Source: the human T2T-CHM13v2.0 reference genome, Homo sapiens
Strand: one strand, 5' to 3'
DNA: 64,000 nt
Assembly (NCBI RefSeq): GCF_009914755.1
Contig: NC_060926.1
This document shows positions 1-11,846 of the stretch, piece after piece. Every line of letters starts with the position of its first letter. Position 1 is the stretch's first letter. Under the pieces are notes generated by a model that was not told where the DNA came from, did no database searches, and worked only from the letters and a program-made list of their open reading frames with translations. Both the position numbers and the translations under genes were made by a program.

Positions 1-792
1 ACGTAAACGCGCTGCCTGCGAGGTGCGTGGACTCGGGAGCTCTGATGTAAACGCGCTGCCTGCGAGGTGTGTGGACTCGGGAGCTCTCACGTAAACGCGC
101 TGCCTGCGAGGTCGGTGGACTCGGGAGCTCTGAGGTAAACGCGCTGCCTGCGAGGTGCGTGGACTCGGGCGCTCTGACGTAAACGCGCTGCCTGCGAGGT
201 CGGTGGACTCGGGAGCTCTGAGGTAAACGCGCTGCCTGCAAGGTGCTGTGGACTCGGGCGCTCTGACGTAAACGCGCTGCCTGCGAGGTCGTGGACTCGG
301 GAGCTCTGAGGTAAACGCGCTGCCTGCGAGGTGCGTGGACTCGGGAGCTCTGACGTAAACGCGCTGCCTGCGAGGTCCGTGGACTCGGGAGCTCTGATGT
401 AAACGCGCTGCCTGCGAGGTGCGTGGACTCGGGAGCTCTCACGTAAACGCGCTGCCTGCGAGGTGCGTGGACTCGGGAGCTCTGAGGTAAACGCGCTGCC
501 TGCGAGATGCGTGGACTCGGGCGCTCTGACGTAAACGCGCTGCCTGCGAGGTGCGTGGACTCGGGAGCTCTCACGTAAACGCGCTGCCTGCGAGGTCGGT
601 GGACTCGGGAGCTCTGAGGTAAACGCGCTGCCTGCGAGGTGCGTGGACTCGGGCGCTCTGACGTAAACGCGCTGCCTGCGAGGTCGGTGGACTCGGGAGC
701 TCTGAGGTAAATGCGCTGCCTGCGAGGTGCGTGGACTCGGGAGCTCTGACGTAAACGCGCTGCCTGCGGGGTGTGTGGACTCGGGAACTCTG
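1..792. repeat. CpG-rich VNTR, 44-bp unit, about 18 copies (cut by window start)
   Basis: Unit ACGTAAACGCGCTGCCTGCGAGGTGCGTGGACTCGGGAGCTCTG in tandem, about 6 CpG per unit. Confidence 0.97.
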
Positions 793-968
793 CAGCTTCT
801 TTCAGCTCCAGTTTCCTTGTTGACAAATGAAATGTAGTAGCTCCCACTCATCCTCACGGGGCACATTCCAGACCCGGTGGGTGTCTGGGACTGTGGATGG
901 CACTAAACCCGACGGCCGTCAGTCAGAACTTGTTTATCCTTAAGTCTTCCACCCACACATTCAATACC

Positions 969-1215
969 TGATATGGTTTGGACTTGTGTCCCCACCCGAA
1001 TCTCATGTTGAATTGTAGTCCCCAGTGCTGGAGGTGGGACCTGGTGGGAGGCGACTGGATCATGGGGGTGGATTTGCCCCTGGAGGTGGGACCTGGTGGG
1101 AGGTAACTGGATCATGGGGGCGGATTTCCCCCTTGCTGTTCTCACGAGGGTGAGTGAATTCTCAGGAGATCTGGTTGTTGAAAATTGTGTGGCGCCGACC
1201 TCCTGTGTTCTTCCT
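969..1215 (+). mobile_element. MaLR LTR fragment (MSTA/MSTB-like), 3' truncated, with an internal 52-bp tandem duplication
   Basis: Starts TGATATGGTTTGG..TGTGTCCCCACCC.AATCTCATGTTGAATTGTA, matching the LTRs at 27255 and 29282. 1029-1080 is repeated at 1081-1132. Confidence 0.88.
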
Positions 1216-1221
1216 GTGGTT

Positions 1222-1870
<649 letters not shown>

Positions 1871-2464
1871 CTATAGAAGCAGTCTTTCTGCAGCCCCAGG
1901 TCCTGCTCACTCATGTCCTCATCCAGAAAACATTCTGGAGCAGCCACTTCGTGTCTGCACGGTGCAGGCAGGGGTGCAGCTAGGGTGCAGGTGTGCAAGG
2001 CATCCACACCCCGCAGGATGGTGCAGACACAGACGTCAGCCACTTCCCCACGGGCCACCTGCATGACTGCTCATGGCAGGCTCCTAAACTGGAGTCTCTT
2101 CTCCGCAAAAATTGCATGTGCCTGCCTAGATCTTAACAGGAAAAATAATAAAACTTGCTGGTCAAAGTTAATTTAAAATGTCTCCATTAGTGTAGAGGAC
2201 ACTCACTCTCCACCTGCTTTATTTATCCTAATATTAGGTGCCGTCTGACTTCCACAGCCTGACATTTTGTGGTTCGGTTATTCCTGTGTACTTGTATTTT
2301 GTGTTGACTAAACCAATATAATTCAGCAATGCTTCTTGGGGAATGTGTGACTTCATTTTTAAATTGATATCTTCCCTGACTGAAAAACCTCCAATACTCA
2401 ACAAACATGCCCTGAGCTCCCACTGTAGCCTCCGAGCCCTATAAGCCAGGGGCGTGTGAGATGC

Positions 2465-2811
2465 CAGGATCTTCCTGTCCTGCAGAAGAGGATGACACAG
2501 GCGGCAGGAAGACGGCGCCGGGATCTTCCTGTCCTGCAGAAGAGGATGACACAGACAGCGGGAAGATGGCGCCTCCAGGATCTTTCCGTCCTGCAGAAGA
2601 GGATGACACAGGTGGCGGGAAGACAGCACCGGGATCTTGCCATCCTGCAGAAGGGGATGACACAGGTGGCGGGAAGATGGCGCTGGGATCTTCCCGTCCT
2701 GCAGAAGAGGATGACACAGGTGGCAGGAAGACGGTGCCTCCGGGGTCTTCCCGTCCTGCAGAAGAGGATGACACAGGCAGGAGGAAGACACAGGCAGGAG
2801 GAAGATGGCAC
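2465..2811. repeat. VNTR, 54-57-bp unit, about 6 copies
   Basis: Repeated GGATCTTCCYGTCCTGCAGAAGAGGATGACACAGGTGGCRGGAAGAYGG. Confidence 0.93.
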
Positions 2812-4736
2812 GTCTGGGCACCAGACCCCGGATGAGAGGACTGCACGCCTCTTCCCGTTGACATCGGCCTTGAGAAGAAGACGCACCCCACACCTGTGCA
2901 GAGGCCCTTCCTGGCTTTGTCACGATTCTCACAAGCACATTCGGATGGCACCGCTCCTTCCACGTGTGTGAGATCGCAGACCTCAGCCCAGTGCAATATG
3001 AGCCCGAAATAACCACTGCTGCTGCCACCAGTGAGGTGTGGGATTATGGCTGCTGCAGCCTGGAGAGCCAAGTCCCTCTGATGTTGTAGGGCCAATGGAT
3101 GCCACTGGAGGCGATGCAGGAGACAGACACAGGGGCTGGTCCAGTGGCAGTGAGTGCCCGGCCCTAACAGTGCAGGGCGCCTGTCACCCCTCAGGGACTG
3201 GAGATGTGCCCAGGGAACCTCAAAGGCAAGAACAAGACTGAGGCCCCAAGGGCAGCTGTGGGGACGTCCAGCCTAGCTGCCAGCCTGGGGTCCTGGGCAG
3301 AGGTTGGTGGCTAAAATGCAGAGATGCAGGGCACAGCTCAGCAGAAAAGAGCCCTGATGACATGGCCCATGATCGGGAGGACGGAGGGTGATGCTCAGAG
3401 CCCCAGGGCCCAGCTCCCCTCCTGGGGACTGCGCGGCAGCAGGGGTGGCAGAAGGAGGAGGCACGAGGGTGTGGGCACTGGCCGGGTGCCAGGCTGAGAG
3501 GGAGCCACAGCAAACGCCCCTTGGCTTTGGCATGGGCAGGACAGCCAGGCCCCGCCAGGATGGCAGGTGCTCTGGGTGGCTGTGGTCTCCAGCCTTGATT
3601 CAGCAGCTCTGATCCTCCACACACAGGCCGGCTGCATGCGCCTTGGGGAGGCCGCTTCCTGCTCCCTTTGGCTCTTCCAGAAGGTTCAGACGATGAGCAC
3701 TGCCACTTACTTTAAAGCCTTTAATAAGCGTCTTTGAAAATACGCTTTTTAAGAAATGGATAATTAAATACTTCCCAGACCTAGAAACACAAAGACTCAG
3801 CAGAGCACCTTGGAATGACCCAGGCACGAGCTTCCTGCACCTGCCAAGTGCCTCTTCCACGATGCCCGGCTCCTCCACTCGGGAAACCCCTTCCTCCCAT
3901 CCTCCTCCCCGGACCCCATCCTGGGGGTTCACTCCTTTGCACGGAGGCATTTTGAAACCAAAAGTCACAGTTTGTGCACAGTGATGGAGAAGCTTATTAT
4001 TACCTGCCCTACATCAATTAAATGTGTCACAGTTTGAGGCTTCCCATTAAATAATTTCTGTCCCAGGCTAAGTTCTACTTCAGGAAGTAAAGTAAGAAAG
4101 GGCATTTAATTCCTGTCTATGCCAGCATTACAACCACACAGGGAGATGCAAATTGATTTCCGTCTTCATGTGGAGAGTCTCTCGCTGGTTTTTCAGAAAA
4201 TGACCTTCCATTCACTGACATTCTCAAAAGACATTAAATAAAAATATTTAATCAAAGAAAAAATGGTTATGAATATGGCTGTAAACCAGCATTTCAGGAT
4301 AACACTTCATAACCAGTTCAAGACCTGACAAACTTATTTCTTTGTAAACGGACATGAATTTTTTTTCCAGTTGCATTCTAAAATGGCCATTTTTTTTCTC
4401 AAGTACCAAATTTTTTTTGTGAAGTGGTTCAGGTTGCTAATAATGCATAATAACTAACCTGAATCATAAGGAACACCACCTGGCCACAGCCCCTCCTTTA
4501 GGGCTCTTTCTGTCACAAGGCGGGAGCCCATGGGCACCGAGGTGGCCTCTGACCAGGAGCCTTTTCCAGTTCTCACTGCTCACAGTGCACACCCGGCAGC
4601 TTCCTTCCCACCTGAACTGCGGCTCCTCCCTGCAGCATCTCAGCAGCCCTGGTAAGCCTGGGCTGAGGCCAAATACACATGAGAAAGTCAAGCTTGCATG
4701 GTGGCAATGCCTGGAAATCAGTTGTTTCTAGAAAAG

Positions 4737-5000
4737 TCCACAGTGAGTGAGCAGATGATGCCAGGTGTCCCACAGTGAGTGAGCAGGTAACCCCAGGTGT
4801 CCCACAGTGAGTGAGCGGGTGACCCCAGGTGTCCCACAGTGAGTGAGCGGATGACCCCAGGTGTCCCACAGTGAGTGAGCGGGTGACCCCAGGTGTCCCA
4901 CAGTGAGTGAGCGGGTGACCCCAGGTGTCCCACAGTGAGTGAGCGGGTGACCCCAGGTGTCCCACAGTGAGTGAGCGGGTGACCCCAGGTGTTTCCACAC
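4737..5000. repeat. VNTR, 32-bp unit, about 8 copies
   Basis: Unit CCCACAGTGAGTGAGCGGGTGACCCCAGGTGT. Confidence 0.96.
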
Positions 5001-5599
5001 AGAGTTAGGCTTGTGTTTTTGAAAATAAGTGCATTGGCTCTAACATGTAGCAATGCACTTCATTCAAATCATCATCATTTACAGGTTTACCATCTACCCT
5101 TAGACCGCTTCTGAAAACCAGAGAAGCACCCATGAAAGTGGGAGGTTTTACTACGGGAGGAACCGTGGTGTTGCCCAGGAGCCCTGCGGCGTTCACCTTT
5201 ACTCAGTCCCTCACCTGCCGTGCCTGACACCCGCCAGCAACACACACTTGGGACCAGTCCTGCTGCCCTGTCACCCGGCATGGCTGACCCTGACCGGGGC
5301 CTTTTCCAAGCTGCTGTAGCTCATCTCAGCCCAATGCCACTGGGAGACATTGCAGCACATCTCTCACCTTCGACTGTGGAATATTTGAGGACAGGCCTGT
5401 GACTCACCAGATCATGGCTGGCACTCAGCACAGGGGCTCATTCTAAATGCAAGAAGGGGCACACCAGGGGCGTGCCCAGCCCCTCCTCTCACCAAGCGCA
5501 GGTGGTCAGCACGACTGCATGGAGCCCTGTGTGCACTGGGACGGGCTGAGGGCTGTCACTCCACCACAGCCGAGGCTCGTGTTTACCGCATGTCACTGG

Positions 5600-5760
5600 A
5601 CGTGCATCCCCTGCACAAGTCCACGTTCACCTTCTATCCATGGTGACTCCCATTTCAAAGCTGAGGCTGCTGGCGAGCAGAGGTGAGGCAATTTGCATGC
5701 AGTGATGTCACAGCCGGCACACAGCGGAACCAGGAGTCACATGCATGGGCTCTGACTCCA
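5600..5760 (-). mobile_element. Degenerate MIR fragment
   Basis: CCCATTTCAAAGCTGAGG..GAGGTGAGGCAATTTGC..GTCACAGC..TCTGACTCCA resembles the reverse MIR core. Confidence 0.45.
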
Positions 5761-6289
5761 CAATGCCTGGGTTTCCCTCTGCGCCCTGTGCCCTCCTCCA
5801 AGTTTATAAAGCCCAGCTCTGGGTCACTGAGCAGCTGAGTGGTCACGCCTCTTACAGAGACTCACTTCCCTCACTTGGAGGGTTGCTGAACCTTCCCGTG
5901 AGGACACTGTGTATGCCTGGAAGCTTTGCGCAGAGCTTGGAGCCCTGTAAGTGCTCCTTGTCTCTGCGTTAATTACACAGATGCAAAGACCCTCCGTTTC
6001 GGCGATGCCTCTCTTGTGAACCCTTCCCGGAACACCCAGGCAGGCCTTTCTGCTCTGGTCTCTGTGCATCTGGGGAACCTTGTTTAAACTCCCTTCATAG
6101 CATAAATTATGTTGCCTCATAGTGGTTTGTTTGTGTTTCTACTTTCCTGAATATTATTTAAGGGAAAGAACAAAAAGAAAGGCTTTCTGCATCTACCAAA
6201 ATCTAGCAGAAGAGGTGTTCAACACGTAGCTGATAACCTCCAGGAATCAGTGAAGAAACCAGCAGCACCAAACGCTACGAGAGCCGGAG

Positions 6290-6570
6290 GACCAGAGGCT
6301 CGGCGAGACCAGGGTGTGGGTTAAAGGCGGAAGGTTGCGGTGCTGCAGGTTGGGTACATCTAGAGATCCAGGGTACAGCAGGAGAACTGGGGTTAATAAT
6401 GTGTCACATATGGAAAATTTGCTAAGGAAGTGGGTTTTAGTTGCATAAAAGAAGCAACTATGAAAAGTGATGGAAATATTAATTTGTTTACCACCTGTAG
6501 TCATCACTTTACTATGTAAGTGTATACCGAAGCATCATGTTGCACACCTTAAATACAATAAAAAGAAAGT
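6290..6570 (+). mobile_element. Old L1 3' end (L1MA/MB-type 3' UTR)
   Basis: GTTAATAAT..GAAAATTTGCTAAG..CATCATGTTGCACACCTTAAATACAATAAAAA; homologous to 26350-26712. Confidence 0.75.
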
Positions 6571-9394
6571 AAGAGTGAATTGAAATATTCCAACTTAGAG
6601 TAGGCAGGGCTGAGTTCAATCATTGGTGCTACCAAATTAATTCAAATCACATATACAGTATAGAATTTCTAAAAAATCCCTTGTTGTATCAACAGAGGGG
6701 TAACATACCTATTTATTATTAGCATATTAATATTTGACCCAATTGTGTAATAAACCGTGATGCTTAGGAGCCAAAAAGTAATTGATGCTTCTTTCCTAGA
6801 GAAGTCATCTTGGAAAAGGCTGATCAGGAGAGAGGCATCTGAGCTGTGCATTGACAGATCTTTGGGGATGTCAGACAGACAGTTAGGAGGCTCTTCCAGG
6901 CAAAGGAGAGACACAGGAGCACATTAAAGATATCCTTTCTGTTGGCAACGGGGAAAAATGTAGAGTCCTCTTTGGTAGGGAGCAGTGAATGAGGGTGCCC
7001 ACGTTCAGAAACTGTGCATGAGGGCAGAGCCTGGGTGGAATGAGGCTGGAGAGGCTGGACGCTGCCCATCGTGAGGCCAGGCCCATGTGAGACGCACCCT
7101 GCTGTATCTGGGGTGCAGACCACACAGCTGTGGCGGACATGGATAATTCGCTTCCTCAACATCGGCCCCCTCTGGCTTCTGCGGAGTCTGCCAGGGAGCT
7201 CGACTCTGCCCTTCCAAGATCCTTGCTGCCGAGATCCCCATGGGAACCTAGGCTTTACCATCAGACACACGGGCTGCAGACTTGGATGCGAGAATGAGGT
7301 GACGGGGGAGCCCCAGCAGGGTGGCCGGTTCTGCGGGAGGCGGCTTCTGCAATTGGTTTCTGCTCCTGCAGAATCCCAGAGTCTTCCTGACCTCACAGAG
7401 CATGTTCTCAGGGTGATCCTGCGACGGATTGAAGGCCCACGCATCCCAGATGCTGCGTCTTAGCCAGGATTATAAACAACTCACCCCCAAAAGCCCACCT
7501 TCCGAAGGGCACCTGTACACTGCGACAGTCGTTCATAGAATTCTCCTAACTAAGCAGGTCCGGGATGGCCTGAGGGAGTGGGGATTGGGATCAGGCACAG
7601 CATTGGATCCAGGATCCCTCAGCTCTCTATAGCTGAGGCTAAGCAAGAGGGCGTCATGCTCTTTGCAGCCAGTTCTCCATCAGAGTTGGTGAGTTAGGGC
7701 AACTAGGGGAAGGAGGAGAGACCCCTGCCTCAAAACCCAGGTCTTCAGCCACCCTCTCCTGGGCTCAGAGAATCAGGAGCCTGCATCCAGGCCAGGTCTG
7801 GCATCAGTGGCCACCCTGGGGTGCCCAGGCCCATCCAGACACCCCCTTCATCTTCTGCCTCCTGATGTTTGTCCCAGAGGCTGCTCTGCCAGGTTGCTAT
7901 GGAAGCCATCAAAGTTCCTTCAGCCCCCAGACCCATGCACAGCCTTGGCCCAGGCTCTTGGCCACATGCAAGGTGAGCTGGGCTCAACACCCCCTGCTCC
8001 TTGATGGGCCTCAGAGATGTCGCAGTGGAGTCCCCACTCTGCTGCCCATTCCGGGGGTCAGTTATGGGCCTGGCATTTTTACCTGGATTGTAACAACCCA
8101 AACGTAGAGACAAAAGCAAAAAGCCTCCCAAACTAAATGTGTGGCCCATGCCTGCGGATGGGCACCCCAGAGACACTCTTATCTCCATCTTCTTGCAAAA
8201 CCATCTCCTAGAGAGGCATCCTCACTTTCTTGGAGCCAGTTAATGTAACAGGTATGGCTCCTTTCACTCTCTGCAGCTCGGACTAATGGAGGTGAAAGCA
8301 ATCTTATTTTTATTTTGTTAGCTATAAAAGTTGATGTGGTATCTATCTTGTAAAGCAATATTTTATTTGGTTATTTATAAGATAATTTCATTTTAATTAT
8401 AATTGCTTTATGGATTATCACAATGATTATATGAATATTTAATACAATTTTATGGTGTTTACAGACAGTATCTTGGAAATTAGCTACTATGTATCAATAA
8501 GCCAATGTTAATAATTTATATTCATAAAGGCAGCTTGACGTTCATTAGCAGCAGCTACTGGAAAATGTGAGAGCACATTACAGAAAACGAGAGCTCTGGG
8601 AGTCAAAGTGATTCTTTACTTATACAAAATCTACACACAGCTTAAATGTCTGAAAATTACCTAGATAAAACCTCTTTCCTTGTACAGTTGATTTTTTGGA
8701 GTTTCAGAGAGGCTTAAAGAAGTCATTTTTCTATTTCTCATATTCTCAGTCTCTGGCTTCCTCTGCATTCTCCTTCTGTGTGTTCATCAGACAGACTCCG
8801 GTGAGATTTGATGCCCCTGTGCTTTGGGGTTTGAATAACTTCATTTTAGTGTTTGTTTTCCATTAATGTTTTAACTTGAGCCTCAGGACAATTTCCAGGG
8901 GTTCAGTTGTTGGTGATTCATCTGAGTGATATTGTTCCCACATAATGATGGAGACCTTCAGGCTTCTCTGTTCCTGGTTCCTGGGCTTCTAAACACGGGA
9001 TATGGCTTAGAATTTGGGAAACTCCGCCCATGCAAAAAGCACCCAGGATTATTGCTGCATTTTACCCAGGTCATAGCATCTCTTCTGTGGTTTCCAAGTG
9101 GGTTTGTGCAGTGAGGGGCTTTCAGAGATGGCTCCCACGTTCCTACAGTTCATGAGGGCCCAGGTCTGGAGCCACAGGCCCGTTCGGGTCAATTCCTGAT
9201 TAAAAGCTCATTTAACCACTGCTCATTCACTGCCTTCATCCCACCAGGCAGCATCCATGCTGTTGACCACAGTGTACCCAGCATGTAACACGGGGCCAGG
9301 AGTCCAGGAGGAGCTCAGGGTTCGGACACTCAGTTCAGCTTGCATGGAGCACCTATTGCTAGTGCTGCGCCTCCACCCCATATCATCCCCGCCT

Positions 9395-10010
9395 CCTCCC
9401 AAACCCCTGCCCCTACACACACACACACGCACGCACACACACATGCACACTTCTCCCGACCCCCATCGCGCCTACACACACGCACCCACATGCACACATG
9501 CATGCACACACACACGCACACATACGCACACTCCTCCCAAAACCCCCTCACCCCTACACACACACACTCCTCCCAAACTCTCCCCAAACCCCCTCACCCC
9601 TACACACACACACGCAAACTCACACACTCCTCCCAAACTCTCCTCAAACCCCCCACCCCTACACACACGCACACTCGCACACTCCTCTCAAACTCTCCCC
9701 AAACTCCCTCACCCCTACACACACACGCACACTCCTCCCAAACTCTCTTGCCCACTACACACACATGCATGCCCACACACACGCACACAGACACCAAACC
9801 CTCCCGCCCCTACACACACACACGCACACTCACACACTCCTCCCAAACTCTCCCCAAACCCCCTCACCCCTACATACACATGCACACTCCTCCCAAACTC
9901 TCTTGCCCACTACACACACATGCACGCCCACACACACACACACACACACACCAAACCCTCTTGCCCCTACACACACACACGAACAGACACACATGCACAC
10001 ACAAACACCT
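9395..10010. repeat. Compound (CA)n / C-tract repeat
   Basis: CA runs alternate with CTCCTCCCAAACTCTCCCCAAACCCCCTCACCCCTA modules. Confidence 0.92.
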
Positions 10011-10319
10011 TCCTCCAGAGAGGGAGGGTCACAGGCCCAGGTGCCCAAGGACAGCCGGACTGCCTTCAAGACAGGTGGTCAAGGGTTTAACAACTAAACA
10101 TGGCCTCATTGTGGTCAGGCTTTGGAAAGTCACGGCTGATTCTGGTTGTGGTTTGAGGATGAAGCATCCGACCTCTCCCTTCTTGCCCTGCAGCTGAAGC
10201 ATCTCCCAGTTGCCCTCAACTGCAGTCTCTGCCCTGGCATTCTGATGGCCAAGCCAACAACAACCAGGACACCATGACTAAAGGTTTCATCTCACTGAAC
10301 TCTCAAAACCCCCATGGCG

Positions 10320-10440
10320 CACAGACTCCTCTCTCTGTGTGGCGGGGACAGCCGCAGTCTTAGAGTAAGAATAAGAAGCAGAGAGCACGGACTCTCTCTG
10401 TGTGGCGGGAACAGCCTCAGTCTTAGAATAAGAAGCAGAG
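10320..10440. repeat. Two-copy tandem duplication (about 60 bp) abutting the 30-bp VNTR
   Basis: ACTC(CT)CTCTCTGTGTGGCGGGRACAGCC.CAGTCTTAGA..ATAAGAAGCAGAGAG occurs twice. Confidence 0.85.
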
Positions 10441-10948
10441 AGTTTGGTATGTTCCCGTAGGTTCTGAGAGAGTTTAGTTTGTTCCCGTAGGTTCTGAGAG
10501 AGTTTAGTTTGTTCCCGTAGGTTCTGAGAGAGTTTGGTTTGTTCCCGTAGGTTCTGAGAGAGTTTGGTTTGTTCCCGTAGGTTCTGAGAGAGTTTGGTTT
10601 GTTCCCGTAGGTTCTGAGAGAGTTTGGTTTGTTCCCGTAGGTTCTGAGAGAGTTTGGTTTGTTCCCGTAGGTTCTGAGAGAGTTTGGTTTGTTCCCGTAG
10701 GTTCTGAGAGAGTTTGGTTTGTTCCCGTAGGTTCTGAGAGAGTTTGGTTTGTTCCCGTAGGTTCTGAGAGAGTTTGGTTTGTTCCCGTAGGTTCTGAGAG
10801 AGTTTGGTTTGTTCCCGTAGGTTCTGAGAGAGTTTGGTTTGTTCCCGTAGGTTCTGAGAGAGTTTGGTTTGTTCCCGTAGGTTCTGAGAGAGTTTGGTTT
10901 GTTCCCGTAGGTTCTGAGAGAGTTTGGTTTGTTCCCATAGGTTCTGAG
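10441..10948. repeat. VNTR, 30-bp unit, 17 copies, highly homogeneous
   Basis: Unit AGTTTGGTTTGTTCCCGTAGGTTCTGAGAG; units 4-16 are identical. Confidence 0.98.
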
Positions 10949-11726
10949 GAGCAGGTGGGTTCTTGTGGGACTGAGTTACACGATGCATGTTTCTGCCTGA
11001 CCCAAACTCTGTGCTCAATAAATTTTACTATTTCCGGGTTATTTTGGAGATTTCTTTGTGAACAGTCACAGCACAAACCTTTCTTGTACTTCATGTTGTC
11101 AGTCTCTGCACATGGCCCGTCGACGCTCCCACAGTTACTGGAGGAAGATGCCAGCGTGTCTGGGTGACTTCAGGACGGGGCTTCTAAAGGAAACGCATTT
11201 TTAAAGGAAAGTTGGGGAAGGACGCCCCTGGACTTTCCCGTCGCCGTGAATATTGATCATATTGACGACCTCTCAGTCCTCACCCACCCTCCTACGCAGC
11301 TGCCTTCCGTCCTCCCCCGTGGGCCATTCAGTCAAGAAGACCAGAGGAATGCTTTGCGTAATCCCTGTTTTGGGTAACTGGCCACATTTCTTTCATTTCT
11401 CTGTAGCTTCTTATTCTTTATTCATTTTATTTGGAATTCATTTTATTCTCTCTTCATTTTATTTTGAGAGGTGGAATAGTTTTGCATTCTGTGAAAGGAG
11501 TCCCAAGGAACTTAGTAATCTTTTTATGTGAAGGAGAAAGGCAATCAATGAATAATTAAATACATAAAGACTTGAAAAACAAAGCTCCTCCTTTTCCCGG
11601 GAGAGAATCTGAGAACACTTGAGAAGTTTGCCTTGTCTGTTTGGGAGATGCTGCGAGGCCGGTTTCCCGTCGGGCTGCAAACGGCAGAGCACGCGGCCCT
11701 GTCCCGGGCAGGCTCGGCTCCAGGTG

Positions 11727-11846
11727 GAACCCGGGACACGTGTACGTCCTCAGTGGGGCCTCCGCGTTCCACACTCGAGCACATTTGAACCCCGGACACC
11801 TTTACGCCCTCAGTGGAGCCTCCATGTTCCACACTGAAGCACATTT
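11727..11846. repeat. Two-copy 60-bp tandem duplication (diverged)
   Basis: GAACCC.GGACAC..TACG.CCTCAGTGGRGCCTCC..GTTCCACACT..AGCACATTT twice. Confidence 0.88.

Noticed and set aside
87-866. 259-aa ORF, and similar ORFs over the arrays at 2.4, 10.4, 43, 46.4, 59 and 63.3 kb
   Set aside because: They are open because the repeat units lack stops; the peptides simply cycle through the frames of the unit.
10441-10948. CRISPR-like regular 30-bp repeat (also the 31-37-bp arrays)
   Set aside because: Units are head-to-tail with no unique spacers, there are no cas genes, and the context is primate.
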